This document shows positions 45,759 through 59,004 of a stretch of DNA of 64,000 bases, piece by piece. Origin of the DNA: Azolla caroliniana (Eukaryota; Plantae; Polypodiophyta). Both the position numbers and the translations under genes were made by a program. The notes beneath the pieces are model-generated. The model was not told where the DNA came from. It ran no database searches and was given only the letters and a program-made list of their open reading frames with translations. How positions within the stretch are numbered: position 1 is the stretch's first letter; each line of letters opens with the position of its first letter. The stretch spans positions 15,810,001-15,874,000 of the forward strand of contig JBHGNT010000010.1 of assembly GCA_043228905.1 (NCBI GenBank). Direction: 5' to 3'.

Positions 45759-48380
45759 TCAAGCCATGCTATGCAAACACCAGACCTTCTCATGGTCACA
45801 TATTGGCAATCGCCTCCTAGCTCGACTTGCACCTCTTTGTAGTTTTTTGGAGTGGGATTTAGAAGTGTTTGGGGAGTTGCCAATAAGTTTTTGCAAGATG
45901 TTTATTGTTGCATTTCTTTTGGCACCAATTTGTTGGTTGCGACTTATTGATCTACCATCTTCTTCATTGGTTGATTTTGGTGCACCAACGTGATACACCT
46001 TAGCCACATCTTCCAATGTTTGTATACTTTCGATAATAGTTGCACGGTCGAAGGTTCTTAACCCTTGCTCGAGACATTGAAGTGCTTTTACGACCGTTTG
46101 TATTTTGGACTTGATTGATTCAATGTCGGATGTTGTGGGGTTTGTCTCCTTGACTCGTTCTACCTTTGCCTCCACTTCTATTTCTATTATATGGTCCATT
46201 CGCATTTGGGTCGCGTGATCTATAAAAGGCAACGAGCCACATAAATGTGGCATATGCCTCTCAATAATCATTCGGATATCGAGTAAATGCTTACATTTAC
46301 TCGCAATGTCTTGACAATCACAATATGAGCATTGGAGTGAGACATTATACCATAAAGTGGGAGTCGTCATGCTCAAAATTCTAAACCAATATCGGGCCTC
46401 GTCGACATTTCCATTGTGGAAGTATCGTCGACATATTTTTCCAATATTCTCTCCGCTTCTTTAAGTTGGGACCTTTGATCCCTACATTTCGCACGGGGTG
46501 CAAACTGACCACTCTCACATATTTCTTGTCGTTGCTTGTATCACTCTATTATGGTTCCTCCTATGCAAGTGCCAATTTCACTGTCCTCGATTAAGACATG
46601 TAGAAGGTCGGTATACTTGATAAACTGCCAATGTCTTTCCACAATATTGGTAGTGTCAATGTGTCCATAGTTGAACGTTCTACCAAACTTGGGCCAGAGT
46701 TTCCTCCACACACATGTCAAACCACACCATCCTCCTATATATTGCCAAACATCGAGCTTGTTTGCATATTCTACCTTTAACTCCTTACACATTGCATTGA
46801 ATGTGGATTTAGTAATGCATTGCATCAGTTGGCACATTCGTTGATAAATATGGCTTCTCTTAGTTGCACTTACTTTTGGAAACAAGTTGTCCACCCATGA
46901 CTTTTTGGCGTGAAACTGACACAACAAAAGTCGACACTGTGTTTGCGACCGTTGCCCATTTACAACAATCCAAGATTGACGGTCTGTTGCAACCACATTA
47001 GTTATGGCATTGTAAGATGTTCAACATTTATCAATCACTATCGCATTTGGCCTCACCGTGGGCATCCTTGCGAATATGACTCTCAAATAAGTTTCTAATG
47101 TGACTTGCTCATGGTTTGACCCCTTATCAGAACCACAAAGCATGTACCATAACGAGATCCCAATTCCCATGGCGTCGGGGGCAACAACTGCATATAATGG
47201 TAGCCCAAATTGATTTGTTTTAAATGTCGAGTCGATTGCCCAAGAGTTGTTTAGGGTCAACCGCTCACACATTTCCAACATCCATTGATCTTGAAGTATC
47301 AAGATAAATGGTTGTCTGGCGGGAGATCTTGGTTCACTAGGCAGGTAGGGTTGAACATGAGCCACTTTCCCAAGATCTCGGAGTGCATAGGCATCTTGCA
47401 TCATCAAAGCCCAATCAACCTTAGTCATGGCACTTCTGATTTTTAATCTATTTGCCATGTTATGGACCTCCTTTGGTATCATAAAGAACCGATAGCTAAC
47501 AAGCTCTAATGGACTAGCCTTGGACTTATGATATGTTTCCTTACGCATGCTCATTCGTGCACATGGAATGTGCACCCACATGGGGGTGTGCACCTACGTC
47601 GTCGAGTGGAATTAGATGCAAGTCGAGATGTCCCAACACGATGGCAACCATACCTAGTCAAACACATACCCTTCTTGATTCCTTTCCTTAAACGTGTGTT
47701 GTACTTGGTTTGCAAATCTGTGAGTGCATCATCTAATTGGTGGGTTTCTACCTTGATCACTTCTATGGGTAGGGTCTTGTTATATTTGGCCATGCTTGAT
47801 CCCAAACCTTGTATCGGGTCGACCTTCGATACCATTTGGCAACCACAACTTGTAATGAGGGCTTTTACATACTCCTGTGCGATGCCATAATCACGTACAT
47901 CAGTCGCATAAACTAGCTTTACCTCTTTAAGAGTCTTTGAAAACATGTGATGGGATGTGTCACCATGTGACGCTAATACTACTTCCCTCCATTTCTCGAC
48001 GTATAATACTTGAAGATTAGGTGATGCTTTAAGGTAAATTGCACTCGCATTCCCGAGTATGAGACGACTCTTCATGTGCCTCCATGCATGAAGTGAAAGA
48101 GGTGCTCCATCGAGACATCACGTAATGCTTCTAATGTTACCTTAACTTGTCCCAATAAAACTTTAACCATCAAATTATACGTACCTCTTCAAAATGCAAA
48201 ATACCTAGGGGAACAATACATGAAGGGATCGACTGCCTCATCCTCATGATCGGAATCTGATGACTCAAAAGGAATCTCCAATTCGTCCTCAGATACAAAG
48301 GATGCATTGGACGACCATGACGTATCCTTCAATTCATCTTTCGACATGGCGAAGACACCATGATGCATTATGCTCTCCAT
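45759..48380 (-). pseudogene. MULE transposase with SWIM zinc finger, disrupted
   Basis: YGCHR..CGC zinc finger, IDSTFKTNQFGLPLY, IVIDKC, LLCQFHAKKSW, TTNIVERHW, CDCQD..CKHL spread over broken ORFs. Confidence 0.85.
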
Positions 48381-48860
48381 AGCAAATACAATATGATCGA
48401 GAATGCCAGTGATTGAGGTGAATGAAGTGAATGTGAGAGATTATGCGAATGAATGAATTCAAATAATTCACATGTCAAATGGAGTGGATTATTTAAGCTC
48501 TTCTTCAATGATTTAGTTTGAGAATGTTTAGGGCTATTAATGAACGATCGAGAATGCGGGTGAATGAAATGAGTGCGAGTGATTAATAGACTGTTAAGGA
48601 AGGGAATGAGTTCAACCCTTAGTGAATGAGTCTACCTCTTAGTGCATGTTATTGAATTTGGTGAAACAATTTAGTGTAGTCGTTAGTATGATTGTTGAAA
48701 CGCCATCATTATACGTAGTTGGGCACTTGACTATTAATGAGTCGGGCTCCTCATTAATAAGTCTTTTTGAAATGAATCGAGCTCATTAATCAGTCGGGCT
48801 CACTCTTTTGTAACGAGTCGGGCTCCTCATTAACCAATCGGGCTCCCTCCTATAACATTG

Positions 48861-49425
48861 TTGTACATTGCTTTCTCTACCTTCTCCATTATTGACTAGT
48901 ATTGCATTGTCTAATATTGCAATATTGTACATTGCTTTGTCTACCTTTTCCATTATTGACTAGTATTGCATTATTGTACATTGCTTTGTCTACCTTTTCC
49001 AGTATTGACTAGTATTGCATTATTGTACATTGCTTTTGATACCTTCTCCATTATTGACTAGTATTGCATTATTGTACATTGCTTTTGATACCTTCTCCAT
49101 TATTGACTAGTATTGCATTATTGTACATTGCTTTTGATACCTTCTCCATTATTGACTAGTATTGCATTATTGTACATTGCTTTTGATACCTTCTCCATTA
49201 TTGACTAGTATTGCATTATTGTACATTGCTTTTGATACCTTCTCCATTATTGACTAGTATTGCATTATTGTACATTGCTTTTGATACCTTCTCCATTATT
49301 GACTAGTATTGCATTATTGTACATTGCTTTTGATACCTTCTCCATTATTGACTAGTATTGCATTATTGTACATTGCTTTTGATACCTTCTCCATTATTGA
49401 CTAGTATTGCATTATTGTACATTGC
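48861..49425. repeat. 49-bp minisatellite, about 11 copies
   Basis: Unit TTGTACATTGCTTTTGATACCTTCTCCATTATTGACTAGTATTGCATTA, head to tail with no spacers; about 8 consecutive copies identical. Confidence 0.95.
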
Positions 49426-49679
49426 TATTGAATAAGATTCACATTGAGTCACACACTAACCAAAATGAGATTCACATTGAGTCATATACAACCAAAATGA
49501 CATTCAAATATTGATTTGATATTACAAATTGAGATTAAGATAGAGTTCACATTGAGTCATATACAACCAAAATGAGATTCAAATATTGATTTGATATTAC
49601 AATAAAGTTGGCAATACGCATGAGATAGTACATCGAGATGTGGACTTTGATGTTACAAACTACAACATGCTAGTAATTA

Positions 49680-50756
49680 AAATAACCCTAAGCCAAGAGT
49701 CCTTCGTGACCATTTTGCCATGACTTTCCGAAAGAGCTCCACGTCTTCAAATCCAAACCATTGCTCCTTACCCTACACCACAAGATGCCATCAACCTAAG
49801 CCATTACAAAAACAAATGCTCAAATTCAATTCTCATAAATACTTACAAATTGATCGAACTCTAATCCTTGATTGAACTCCTCAACCAACATTCGAATGGT
49901 TTGCATCACATAATACCCACAATCCGTCCCATTAGGTTGGGTTGGGATATGCAATACATGGAATCGCTCGTTGTTGATGATGCAATGGTCATGTGTGGCG
50001 TTAGAGATATGTCGTATAGCCAAATCACCCAATGTCATCATGCCAGTAGTCGGATAATTATTTAGTGGATCACAAAAAACAATTGGGCTCGTCAGCTTGG
50101 CATCGAGACCTGTAGGAGTCTGTCGCATCTTTATACAAATCACCCAATGCCTTGAGTGCAATATTGGAATGAAGACATATTCTCGTTTAGGGACTCGAGT
50201 GAGTATCTCTTCTATCTTATCACTTTGGCCTTCTAATTGTACCAATAGTGGATCCACAATATGAAACTGCTTGTTGATCTCGGGGGGCAGCGAGTACTCT
50301 ATCCATAAGTGGAAGAGGGTCATCATCCATGTGGATGCCATCTCCCCTACAGTGCACAACGAACATAGTTCTACCTCCATAAAAAAGACCGCTAGATCTA
50401 GTCGTCATCAAGTCACTTAAAACATGTTTATTTGGCTAGATTAGTAACTACAAAAAAAAACATGAAGTTAACTATTGATCTCATGCCCCCACTATAATGG
50501 CATACCTAGTGAACTTATTTCTTGTTGTGTTATCCCATGTTTTTGTGATTGTCCCAGGACCAACAAAGACAATCCTAATGTTTGCACCCTCATCTGTGTC
50601 AGATGATCTAATGAACGACAATTTACTAGGGTCCACTTTTTTCTTGCGGATTTTGGATTTTAGGCGTCCTTGGTTGTTGGGTTGTGGATTTTGATAGTTA
50701 GTCTTGACCACCATCGATCTCGACATGAGCCTCATTTTCTGGCATGGGAAGCCCAT
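49680..50756 (-). pseudogene. Ulp1/C48 SUMO-protease-like gene (multi-exon; upstream exons probably to about 51,500; intactness unclear)
   Basis: FIPILHSRHWVICI ... FCDPL ... PTQPNGTDCGYYVMQTI gives the His-Asp-Gln-Cys set; GTAAGT donor after FDQF. Confidence 0.8.
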
Positions 50757-52213
50757 GATTCTTACACTAAAATTTATACATAAGATTCACACATAATCAT
50801 TCACACACTAGATTTAGACTCACATAAGATGCACACATAATTATAAACCATACTTATATAAGCTTCTGACGTAGCCACAATCTTCAACTTCAATTTTGGC
50901 ATCCTATGCTCCTTCCCCTCGTCATACCTGACCATCTTTTGATTGACGAATTGGGCAATGAAATCAGCCTCCTTAGATGTTCAAAGTGCGTTTAGAGTGG
51001 CTTTGAAGATCTTAATCGCTCTTGTCCTCAACTTCCTCACGTGTGATTAACGTGATCTGTTATACTTTAGCTCCGGATACAAAAAACACTTTATTAATCG
51101 GTGTCTTTCGTAGTGGTTGAAGAATGACATGGTTGTGCTCCTCATTGAGGTCGATTGCTCTTCTTCTTCTATCTTTAGCCCCCGAGGCAGTATTGCACAG
51201 ATACCATGTGCCTTTTGTAAGTGAGCCTCCATGTCAGCTTATTTGCGAAACCATCATACCTCTTTTCTACATGAATCTCCAACGATACATGTGCGACATT
51301 TGATACTTGTCCAATCTCTTGCACACTTGAAGAGGGATATAGGGTCCACTACAACAATAATGTGACATGTGTATTAGAAAAACCCAATATATACTTACTT
51401 CAATAATGATTACAAGAATGTACATTGTTTGATATCTTCAACACCTGGCCCCACATCATGTATGGGGTTCGTATCCATGTTCGAGTCTTTAAGGGCCCAT
51501 ATCCTTATCACGAGCCCATGAATGCAAACATTTTGAGTATTTAATGTGGCACTATAACTTGCACATTTTGATGCAAATATTTGTAGAAACTACAAACATA
51601 AAAGGTCGTTGTGTAGAGCCAATCTGAGGTTTGATTCCACGCAGCTAGATCGAGTGTAAGATACGGATAGGCTAAGCTTTTAAGATTCTAAGTATGTTTC
51701 CATATTATCTTATCAAGAATTTTACTTTGTCATGTAGTGGAGGTCAATAATAATATGGAGTCTAGTTGCGACGAACATATGATTTGAAACACAAAACTCG
51801 AAGGTATAACCTCCACAAAGTTTGGTGATACATACCTCTTGACAACAGGACAACAAGTGCTCACGAATAGCAGGATAGTAGGTGGTGTGCCTCGCTGAAG
51901 TTGCCTAAAACCCTAAACCTATGGCTTCCTATTTGAAAACAGGCAAAAATGATAGGTATATGGCTTTTTATACTCATCACTAACTAATGAGTCAGGCTCC
52001 TCACAATGAGTCAGGCTCCTTCTTCAATGAGACGGCTCCCCAAAAAGAGAACTTATGATGGCGTGTTTTGTGCGCTTTTTCTTTATCCACATTGGACGGT
52101 GTAGATCGCACGCGCCCTGATCTAGCGACCTGCATTGTCCCTCTCCGTGATTCCCTCAATTGCCCTCATAATTATTTGGTAGTACTTAGACGTGTATACA
52201 CACCAACGTGTCA

Positions 52214-52561
52214 AACTACTACCAAATAATTATTAGGGCAAGTGAGGGAATCGCGGAGAAGGACAGTGCATGTCGCTAGATGAGGGCATGTGCGATCTGC
52301 ACCGTCCAATGTGGATAAAAAAAAACGCGAAAAAACGTGCCATCATAAGTTCTCCTTTTGGGGAGCCCCTCTCACTAAAGAAGGAGCCCGCCCGACTCAT
52401 TGTGAAAAGGAGCCTGACTCTATAAAAAGGAACCCGACTCATTAATTTTGTTATAAGTATAAAACCCATATATATACCTATCATTTTTTCTTGTTTTCAA
52501 ACAGGAAGCCAGAGCTTTAGGGTTTAGACAACTTCAGCGAGGCACACCACCTACCGTCCTA
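52214..52561 (+). mobile_element. Second copy of the MULE right end in inverted orientation, cut by the assembly gap
   Basis: Diverged reverse-complement match to about 51,876-52,186. Confidence 0.8.
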
Positions 52562-52661
52562 NNNNNNNNNNNNNNNNNNNNNNNNNNNNNNNNNNNNNNN
52601 NNNNNNNNNNNNNNNNNNNNNNNNNNNNNNNNNNNNNNNNNNNNNNNNNNNNNNNNNNNNN
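52562..52661. other. Assembly gap (100 N)
   Basis: Run of N; contiguity across it is not established. Confidence 0.99.
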
Positions 52662-53181
52662 ACCGGAGATTTCCGGATGCAAAGCATGTCTTATTGAACG
52701 ACGAGGGGAGATGGAAAGCTTCAAGGAAGCAAAGAAAGACACCCACAACTGCAAGTGGTTAAGTGTCATGCAGGATGAGATGGATTCCCTGCATGAGAAC
52801 CATACAAATGAATTGACGGAACTATCGAAAGGAAAGAGCACACTCCGAAACAAGTGGGTGTACAAGCTGAAACCGGGAGACGCCGGAAATCCACCAAGAT
52901 ACAAAGCTTGGATAGTGATGAAGGGCTTCTAGCAGAAAAAGGGAGTGAACTTCGACGAGATCTTTGCCCTGGTAGTCAAGATGACACCCATCCGGACTGT
53001 TTTGAGCATTGCGGCAAGGATGAACCTCGAGGTCGAGCAGCTACACATCAAGATGACATTCCTACACGATAACCTTGAAGAAGATATCTACGTGCAACAT
53101 CCAGAGGGATTTGTCAAGAAAGGGAAGGAGCACCTGGTGTGTCGGTTGAAGAAGACCTTATACGGATTGATGCAAGATCCT

Positions 53182-53655
53182 TGTCATGTGTATACAAAAC
53201 CCAATAAGCTTTATGGTGATTCAAACCCATGACCTCCTCAAAGAAGGCATACAACCCCATCCATTAGGATACATAATATTGTATATATTAAATAATAAAT
53301 TCTATTATATCAATAGGAAATTTCGCCACCTTGCATAGGCTAAGGCATGATTGCCAAGAGGCATGCTTGCATGAATGCCAAGTGGCGATCATGCGTGCCT
53401 ATGAGGTGGCAAGCATGCATGTATCCAAACCATGCTATATAAACATGTATTTGACTATTGATAAACCATTCTAGTTCAACGCCAATCTTCGGCATATTCT
53501 TGTAAACATTGCTCTCGTTGTTAATACATTATCAAATTCTTCTTATCTCTTTCATATCTTTCGCTTCTCATTCTCTTCTTCATTTTAAAACTCGTTCCTA
53601 ACTTTGGCCCTGACAGTTTGAACTAGAATTTTCCTACCTTCTCTCTTTCTTCCTT

Positions 53656-53712
<57 letters not shown>

Positions 53713-56700
53713 CTTTCACTCTCTTCTCCTTCCTTCCTTCTCCTTGAGAATCTTGCCAAACGTTATCCTCTCCATGGAGTCAGTTAGCAAGCAAGAGTAT
53801 GTTCGAGTCGTTTCTCAACTAGAGCATCTCGCAAATAAGTTTGTGGCATTAGAACAAGAGAATCAACGATTTATTGGAGATTTGCAACAAGTAAGCATAG
53901 AAAAGGCACAACAATATGATGAGTTATCGACACGTGTATTGCAACTCGAAACAACATTGCGGTCTCTTCATCAATAAGCTTCACTGCAATAAACCTCTCC
54001 CAAAGAACCGAAGATTTGTTTGCCTAGGAAGTTCGATGGTAATCGATCACAGTTTCAAGGGTTTCTAAACCAAGTACGTCTAGTAATTCATATGCACCCT
54101 AATAGGTATCCGACTAATGCAGCTCAAGTTGGACTAGTTGGGACCCTCTTAACAGGAACTGCATTAGCGTGGTTTGCACCACCGCTAGAAAAGAAGTCTC
54201 CTCTTCTCCAAGACTTCGAAGGTTTTATTAGAGAATTTCAAGCAAACTTTGGAGACACTGATAGTGTTAGAACAGTGATTAACAAGATTCGAAGACCGCG
54301 TTAAGGGGACCGTCCTGCCTCTGCCTATGCCACAGATTTCCGCCTCCTAGCTTGTGATATTCCGTGGGATGAAGAAGCCTTAATGGATCAATTTCGCTAT
54401 GGACTAAGAAATGATGTAAAGGATTTGCTATTAACTTTTCATGAAGATCCAAGATCACTTACAAAAGCGATAAGTCGTGCAGTGCGATGTGACAACTGCT
54501 TATTCGAGCGACGTTCGGAGCGTCAATAAATGTCACGACCATGAACTGATCAAAACATATGCTTCGGTAGTAGCCTCGACACCTACGAGCACTACCCAAA
54601 CTTCACACATGATTCCATCAGGTGGTCCAAGTCCAATGGAGATCGATGTAACACGTTGTCGAGGGCCTTTATCTGAAGCTGAGAAGCAAAGACGTCGAGC
54701 AAACCGTCTATGTTTGTATTGTGGTGGTCCAGGACACATCGCAATCACATGCCCACATAGGTCAAAACAAAAAGTAAATCAAGTAAGTATTAGTGAGAAT
54801 CTTCATTCCAATTCTCCAGTTAGATCGTCTAGCCCTAGTAGTCCCACATGTCATGGTCAGTCCAATAGTTTTGAAGTCTTGAGTGAACTTGATGAAATAT
54901 TAAACGAATAAGTCCAACCAAAATCGGAGCCATTTGGTTGGACAATCCTGAATATGTAAAGTCAATCCCAAGTAGTGGTTCCATTTTATCGAATCATGTT
55001 AGCAAAGTTTTTTCAGCACAAGTTGAGCTTAGCACTTCTAGGTGTCATCGAGTTCTTGCCTCTACTCTCTTAGATTTAGGAGCCAACTCTTGTTTTATGG
55101 ACAAAGAATTTGCTTTATCCGAGAAAATCATATTGAAAAACCTCCCTTGCCCTGCATCTGTTGTAGTCATTGATGGTCGCCCTATTTCATCCGAGAATAT
55201 AGTTGAAGAATCTGAGCCAATTCGAGTAGGTCTTGGTAGCTTTGCTTGTATGATTTCCTTCAATATAATTAGTAGCCCTGAGCATCCAGTTATCCTTGGT
55301 TTTCCTTGGTTTGAACTTCACAATCCTGAAATTGACTGGAGAAATCGAACAATCAATGATTTCTAGCAGAAACCTGAATCCAGCTGCCTTGTTACTACCA
55401 ACCAAGATTCAAAACCTTAGCAAATCTCGCCCATCTCTTTACAAAAATTACGAGAAGACGGGGAAACAAATGAAATGTTTGTCTTTGCAGTAATAGCAAA
55501 CCCATCCTCTAGTTCACAAGGGGCAAGTACTCCCCTCCCTACCAAGTACTTGGATTTTGAAGACATCTTCAACAAAGCTAAAGCTAGTTCTCTCCCAGAC
55601 CATCGGCCTTATGATTGTCCTATCGATCTACAACCTGGGAAAGAGCCACCATGGGGCCCAATATATAATCTATCACCTTCCGAAATCAAGGCCCTCCGAG
55701 AGTATATAGACAAGCACTTGGCAAATGGATTCATTCGACATTCTAAAAGCCCTGTTGGTGCACCCATCTTCTTTGTCAAGAAGAAAGATGGATCTCTACG
55801 ACTGGTCGTGGACTATTGAGGTCTAAACAAAATCACAATTCGAAATAGATATGCGTTACCCTTGATTTCGAGTTTACTAGAGCGTCTTACTGGAGCGAAA
55901 GTTTTCACGAAGCTAGATCTTCGAGGTGCATATAACCTTGTTTGGATATGTCCATGACATGAATGGAAGACAACATTCCGTACTCGATACGGACATTTCG
56001 AGTACACAATTATGCCTTTTGGTCTCACGAATGCACCCGTGGTTTTTCAACACATGGCGAATGATATTTTCCACGATTTTTTGGATTCATTCACCATAGT
56101 ATATCTTGATGACATCTTGATCTACTCGAAAACTCAAGAAGAGCATGACATACATGTCCACCAAGTCTTTCAACGCTTACGAGAATATGGGCTCTATGCC
56201 AAACTTGAGAAATGTAGCTTTGATCAAAACCACGTGGAGTTTCTGGGGTATGTGGTATCACAACAAGGTATATCTATGGAACCATCTAAGGTTCAGACAA
56301 TTCTAAACCGGCAACCACCTCGTTCAATGCGTGATGTTCAATGTTTCTTAGGATTTGCGAATTTTTTCCGCAAATTTATCAAGAATTATTCAAACATTGT
56401 GATGCCTCTCACAAAGCTTACACGAAAGAACAAGTCATTCACATGGAGTTCTAGTGCAACCAAAGCTTTTGAAAGCCTAAAGAGCCCATTCACTTTTGCT
56501 CCAATTCTACTTCATGCTAACCTAGAAAAACCCTTTATCATCGAGGCGGATGCGTCTAATTTTGCACTAGGAAGTATATTGTCACAAATAGGAGATGATG
56601 GGAAGCTACGTCCAATTGCTTTCCATTCACGCAAATTCGAAGCTGCAAAGATCAATTACGAGATTCACGACAAAGAGCTTCTAGCCATTATAGACTCATT

Positions 56701-59004
56701 TGAACAGTGGAGACATTTCTTAGAAGGTTCTCCCCACCAAATCATTGTTTCCAATGATCATAAAAACCTCACATACTTTCAAAGTGCTAGAGTCTTGAGT
56801 CGCCGCCAAGCTCTTTGGGCACAGTTTCTAACGCGTTTTGACTTCGTCATCACATATCACCCAAGAGTACAACAAGGAAAGGCAGATGCTCTCTCATGAC
56901 TATCTTATTTGGCTCCACAACCAGGAGAGCCCACATTTGATCATCAAAAACAAATTGTCTTGGGGCCTAATCAGTTATGACTATTAACTATTAATGCCTC
57001 TCAAGCATTTGAAGATTCAAGTCTTCTTGATTCAATCCGAACAGATATCATTTCTGATGAATTTGCTCAAGATATATTGTTCATCATATAATTTCAAATC
57101 GCGCTTCTTCTTCAAGCTCCAAGAATCCTCGTAAAGATTATAACCAGTTTAAATGGGATAATGGTTTACTTTTTCGCAACACTCTTTTGTATGTCCCAAA
57201 TGGTTCGTCTCGACTTCAAGTAATGCAATATTGTCACGACAACCCAATGGTTGGGCACTTTGGAATCCACAAAACTTTGGAGCTAGTTTCTCGAAACTAT
57301 TGGTGGCCTCACCTTCGAGAGTTTGTTGAAGATTATGTTCGTAGTTGTGATGTGTGTTGTCAGTCAAAGATTCCACGGCATCGACCATATGGGTTATTAC
57401 AACCATTGCTAGTTCCTATTGGACCGTGGAAATCCATCTCGATGGATTTTATTATAGATATTCCAATTTCGAAGAGTTTTGATGCTATTCTCACTATAGT
57501 AGATCGATTCACAAAGATGGCGCATTTTCTTCCATGCACGAAACCATCAACAATAAAGAAACTATAGACATCGTTATGAAAGAAGTATTTCAACTTCACG
57601 GTCTTCCAAATGACATTATTAGTGATCATGGCCCACAATTCATCTCAAAATTCTGGAAACACTTGCTTGAGATGCTCAAAATTTCTTGTAAACTTTCGTC
57701 AAGCTATCATCCACAAAGTGACGGTCAAACCGAGCGGACGAATCAAACATTAGAGCAATATCTTCGGTATTTCATTAATTACCAACAGGATGATTGGGTG
57801 GATTTTTTGCACTTTGCAGAGTTTGCATACAATAATTCAGTTCATTCCTCAACAGGGTATACTCCATTTTTTGCAAACATAGGATATCATCCTCGTTGGA
57901 CAATGATGGCACATCCAGAAATCTCGAAAAATCCTATTGTTGAAGATCGTTTGCGTCAACTCCAAGACATGCGTGTTGCACTTTCTCAACATTTGCAAAC
58001 TACTCAAGCCACACACAAAAAAGCCGTAGATCGTCACCATCTCGACTCTTCACCAAAGGAACCGAAGTTTCGAATTGGGGATCGTGTATGGTTACTACGA
58101 CATAATGTGAAGACTACTAAACCTTGTGACAAGCTAGATTATCAATGAGTCCATTTATTATCTCCAATCAGATTAATGATGTTGCATTCCGCCTTGATCT
58201 ACCTCCACAGATGCATCTACATCCGGTATTTCATGTCTCATTGTTGGAACCCTACATTGGTAGTTCCATTCCAAATTGGGTTGTTCTACCCTCACCTCCA
58301 GTTCAACTTGTTGATGGCCCAGAATTTGAAGTCAAAGCTATTTTGGACACCAAGATAATATGTAAAAAGCTTTATTATCTCGTGGATTGGTTAGGATATA
58401 CACCAAATGATCATACTTGGGAGCCAGCGGAGAACCTTGATAATGTCTCTGACTTGGTGGCTCAATTTCATCGCCAATATCCAGATAAGCCAAGTCTGAA
58501 TTCATGCATTACGACTCGTGGAACTCGTCGTCAAAGGAGGGGGATGGTGTCATGTGTATACAAAACCCAATAAGCTTTATGATGATTCGAACCCATGACC
58601 TCCTCAAAGAAGGCATACAACCCCATCCATTAGGATACAACATATTGTATATATTAAATAATAAATTCTATTATATCAATAGGAAATACATTTAATAATA
58701 TTATTGAAATTTCGCCACCTTGCATAGGCTAACGCATGATTTCCAAGGGGCATGCTTGCATGAATGCCAAGTGGCGATCGTGCGTGCCTATGAGGTGGCG
58801 AGCATGCATGTATCCAAACCATGATATATAAACATGTATTTGACTATTGATGAACCATTGTAGTTCAAAGCCAGTCTTCGGCATATTCTTGTAAACATTG
58901 CTCTCGTTGTTAATACATTATCAAATTCTTCTTATCTCTCTCATATATTTTGCTTCTCATTCTCTTCTTCATTTTAAAACTTGTTCCTAACTTTGTCCTT
59001 GACA
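53182..59004 (+). mobile_element. Element G: Ty3/gypsy chromovirus (Tcn1-like), full length, degenerate
   Basis: LTRs 53,182-53,615 and 58,548-59,004 (TGTCA...TGACA); TSD ATCCT/ATCCC; PPT AAAGGAGGGGGATGG; no tRNA-type PBS. Confidence 0.93.
53774..58547 (+). pseudogene. gag (53,774-54,911) and pol (PR-RT-RH-IN-chromodomain) of G, multiple stops
   Basis: CLYCGGPGHIAITC, LLDLGA, MPFGLTNAP, YLDD, IEADAS, SMDF/SDHG/QTER, and EFEVKAILD..YLVDWLGY..TWEP chromodomain. Confidence 0.92.

Larger units (their letters stand above)
45181..52186 (-). mobile_element. Mutator-like (MULE) DNA transposon with long imperfect TIRs, carrying transposase and Ulp1 genes
   Basis: TACTACCAAATA..GAGGGCA..GAGGGAATC..GGAGAGGGAC..TGCAGGTCGC at 45,184 is inverted at about 52,125-52,184; GGAGCYCGACTC-type subterminal repeats at both ends. 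Exact termini and TSD not resolved. Confidence 0.75.

Noticed and set aside
48861-49425. CRISPR-like array
   Set aside because: Units are contiguous with no unique spacers, no cas genes are present, and the context is eukaryotic.
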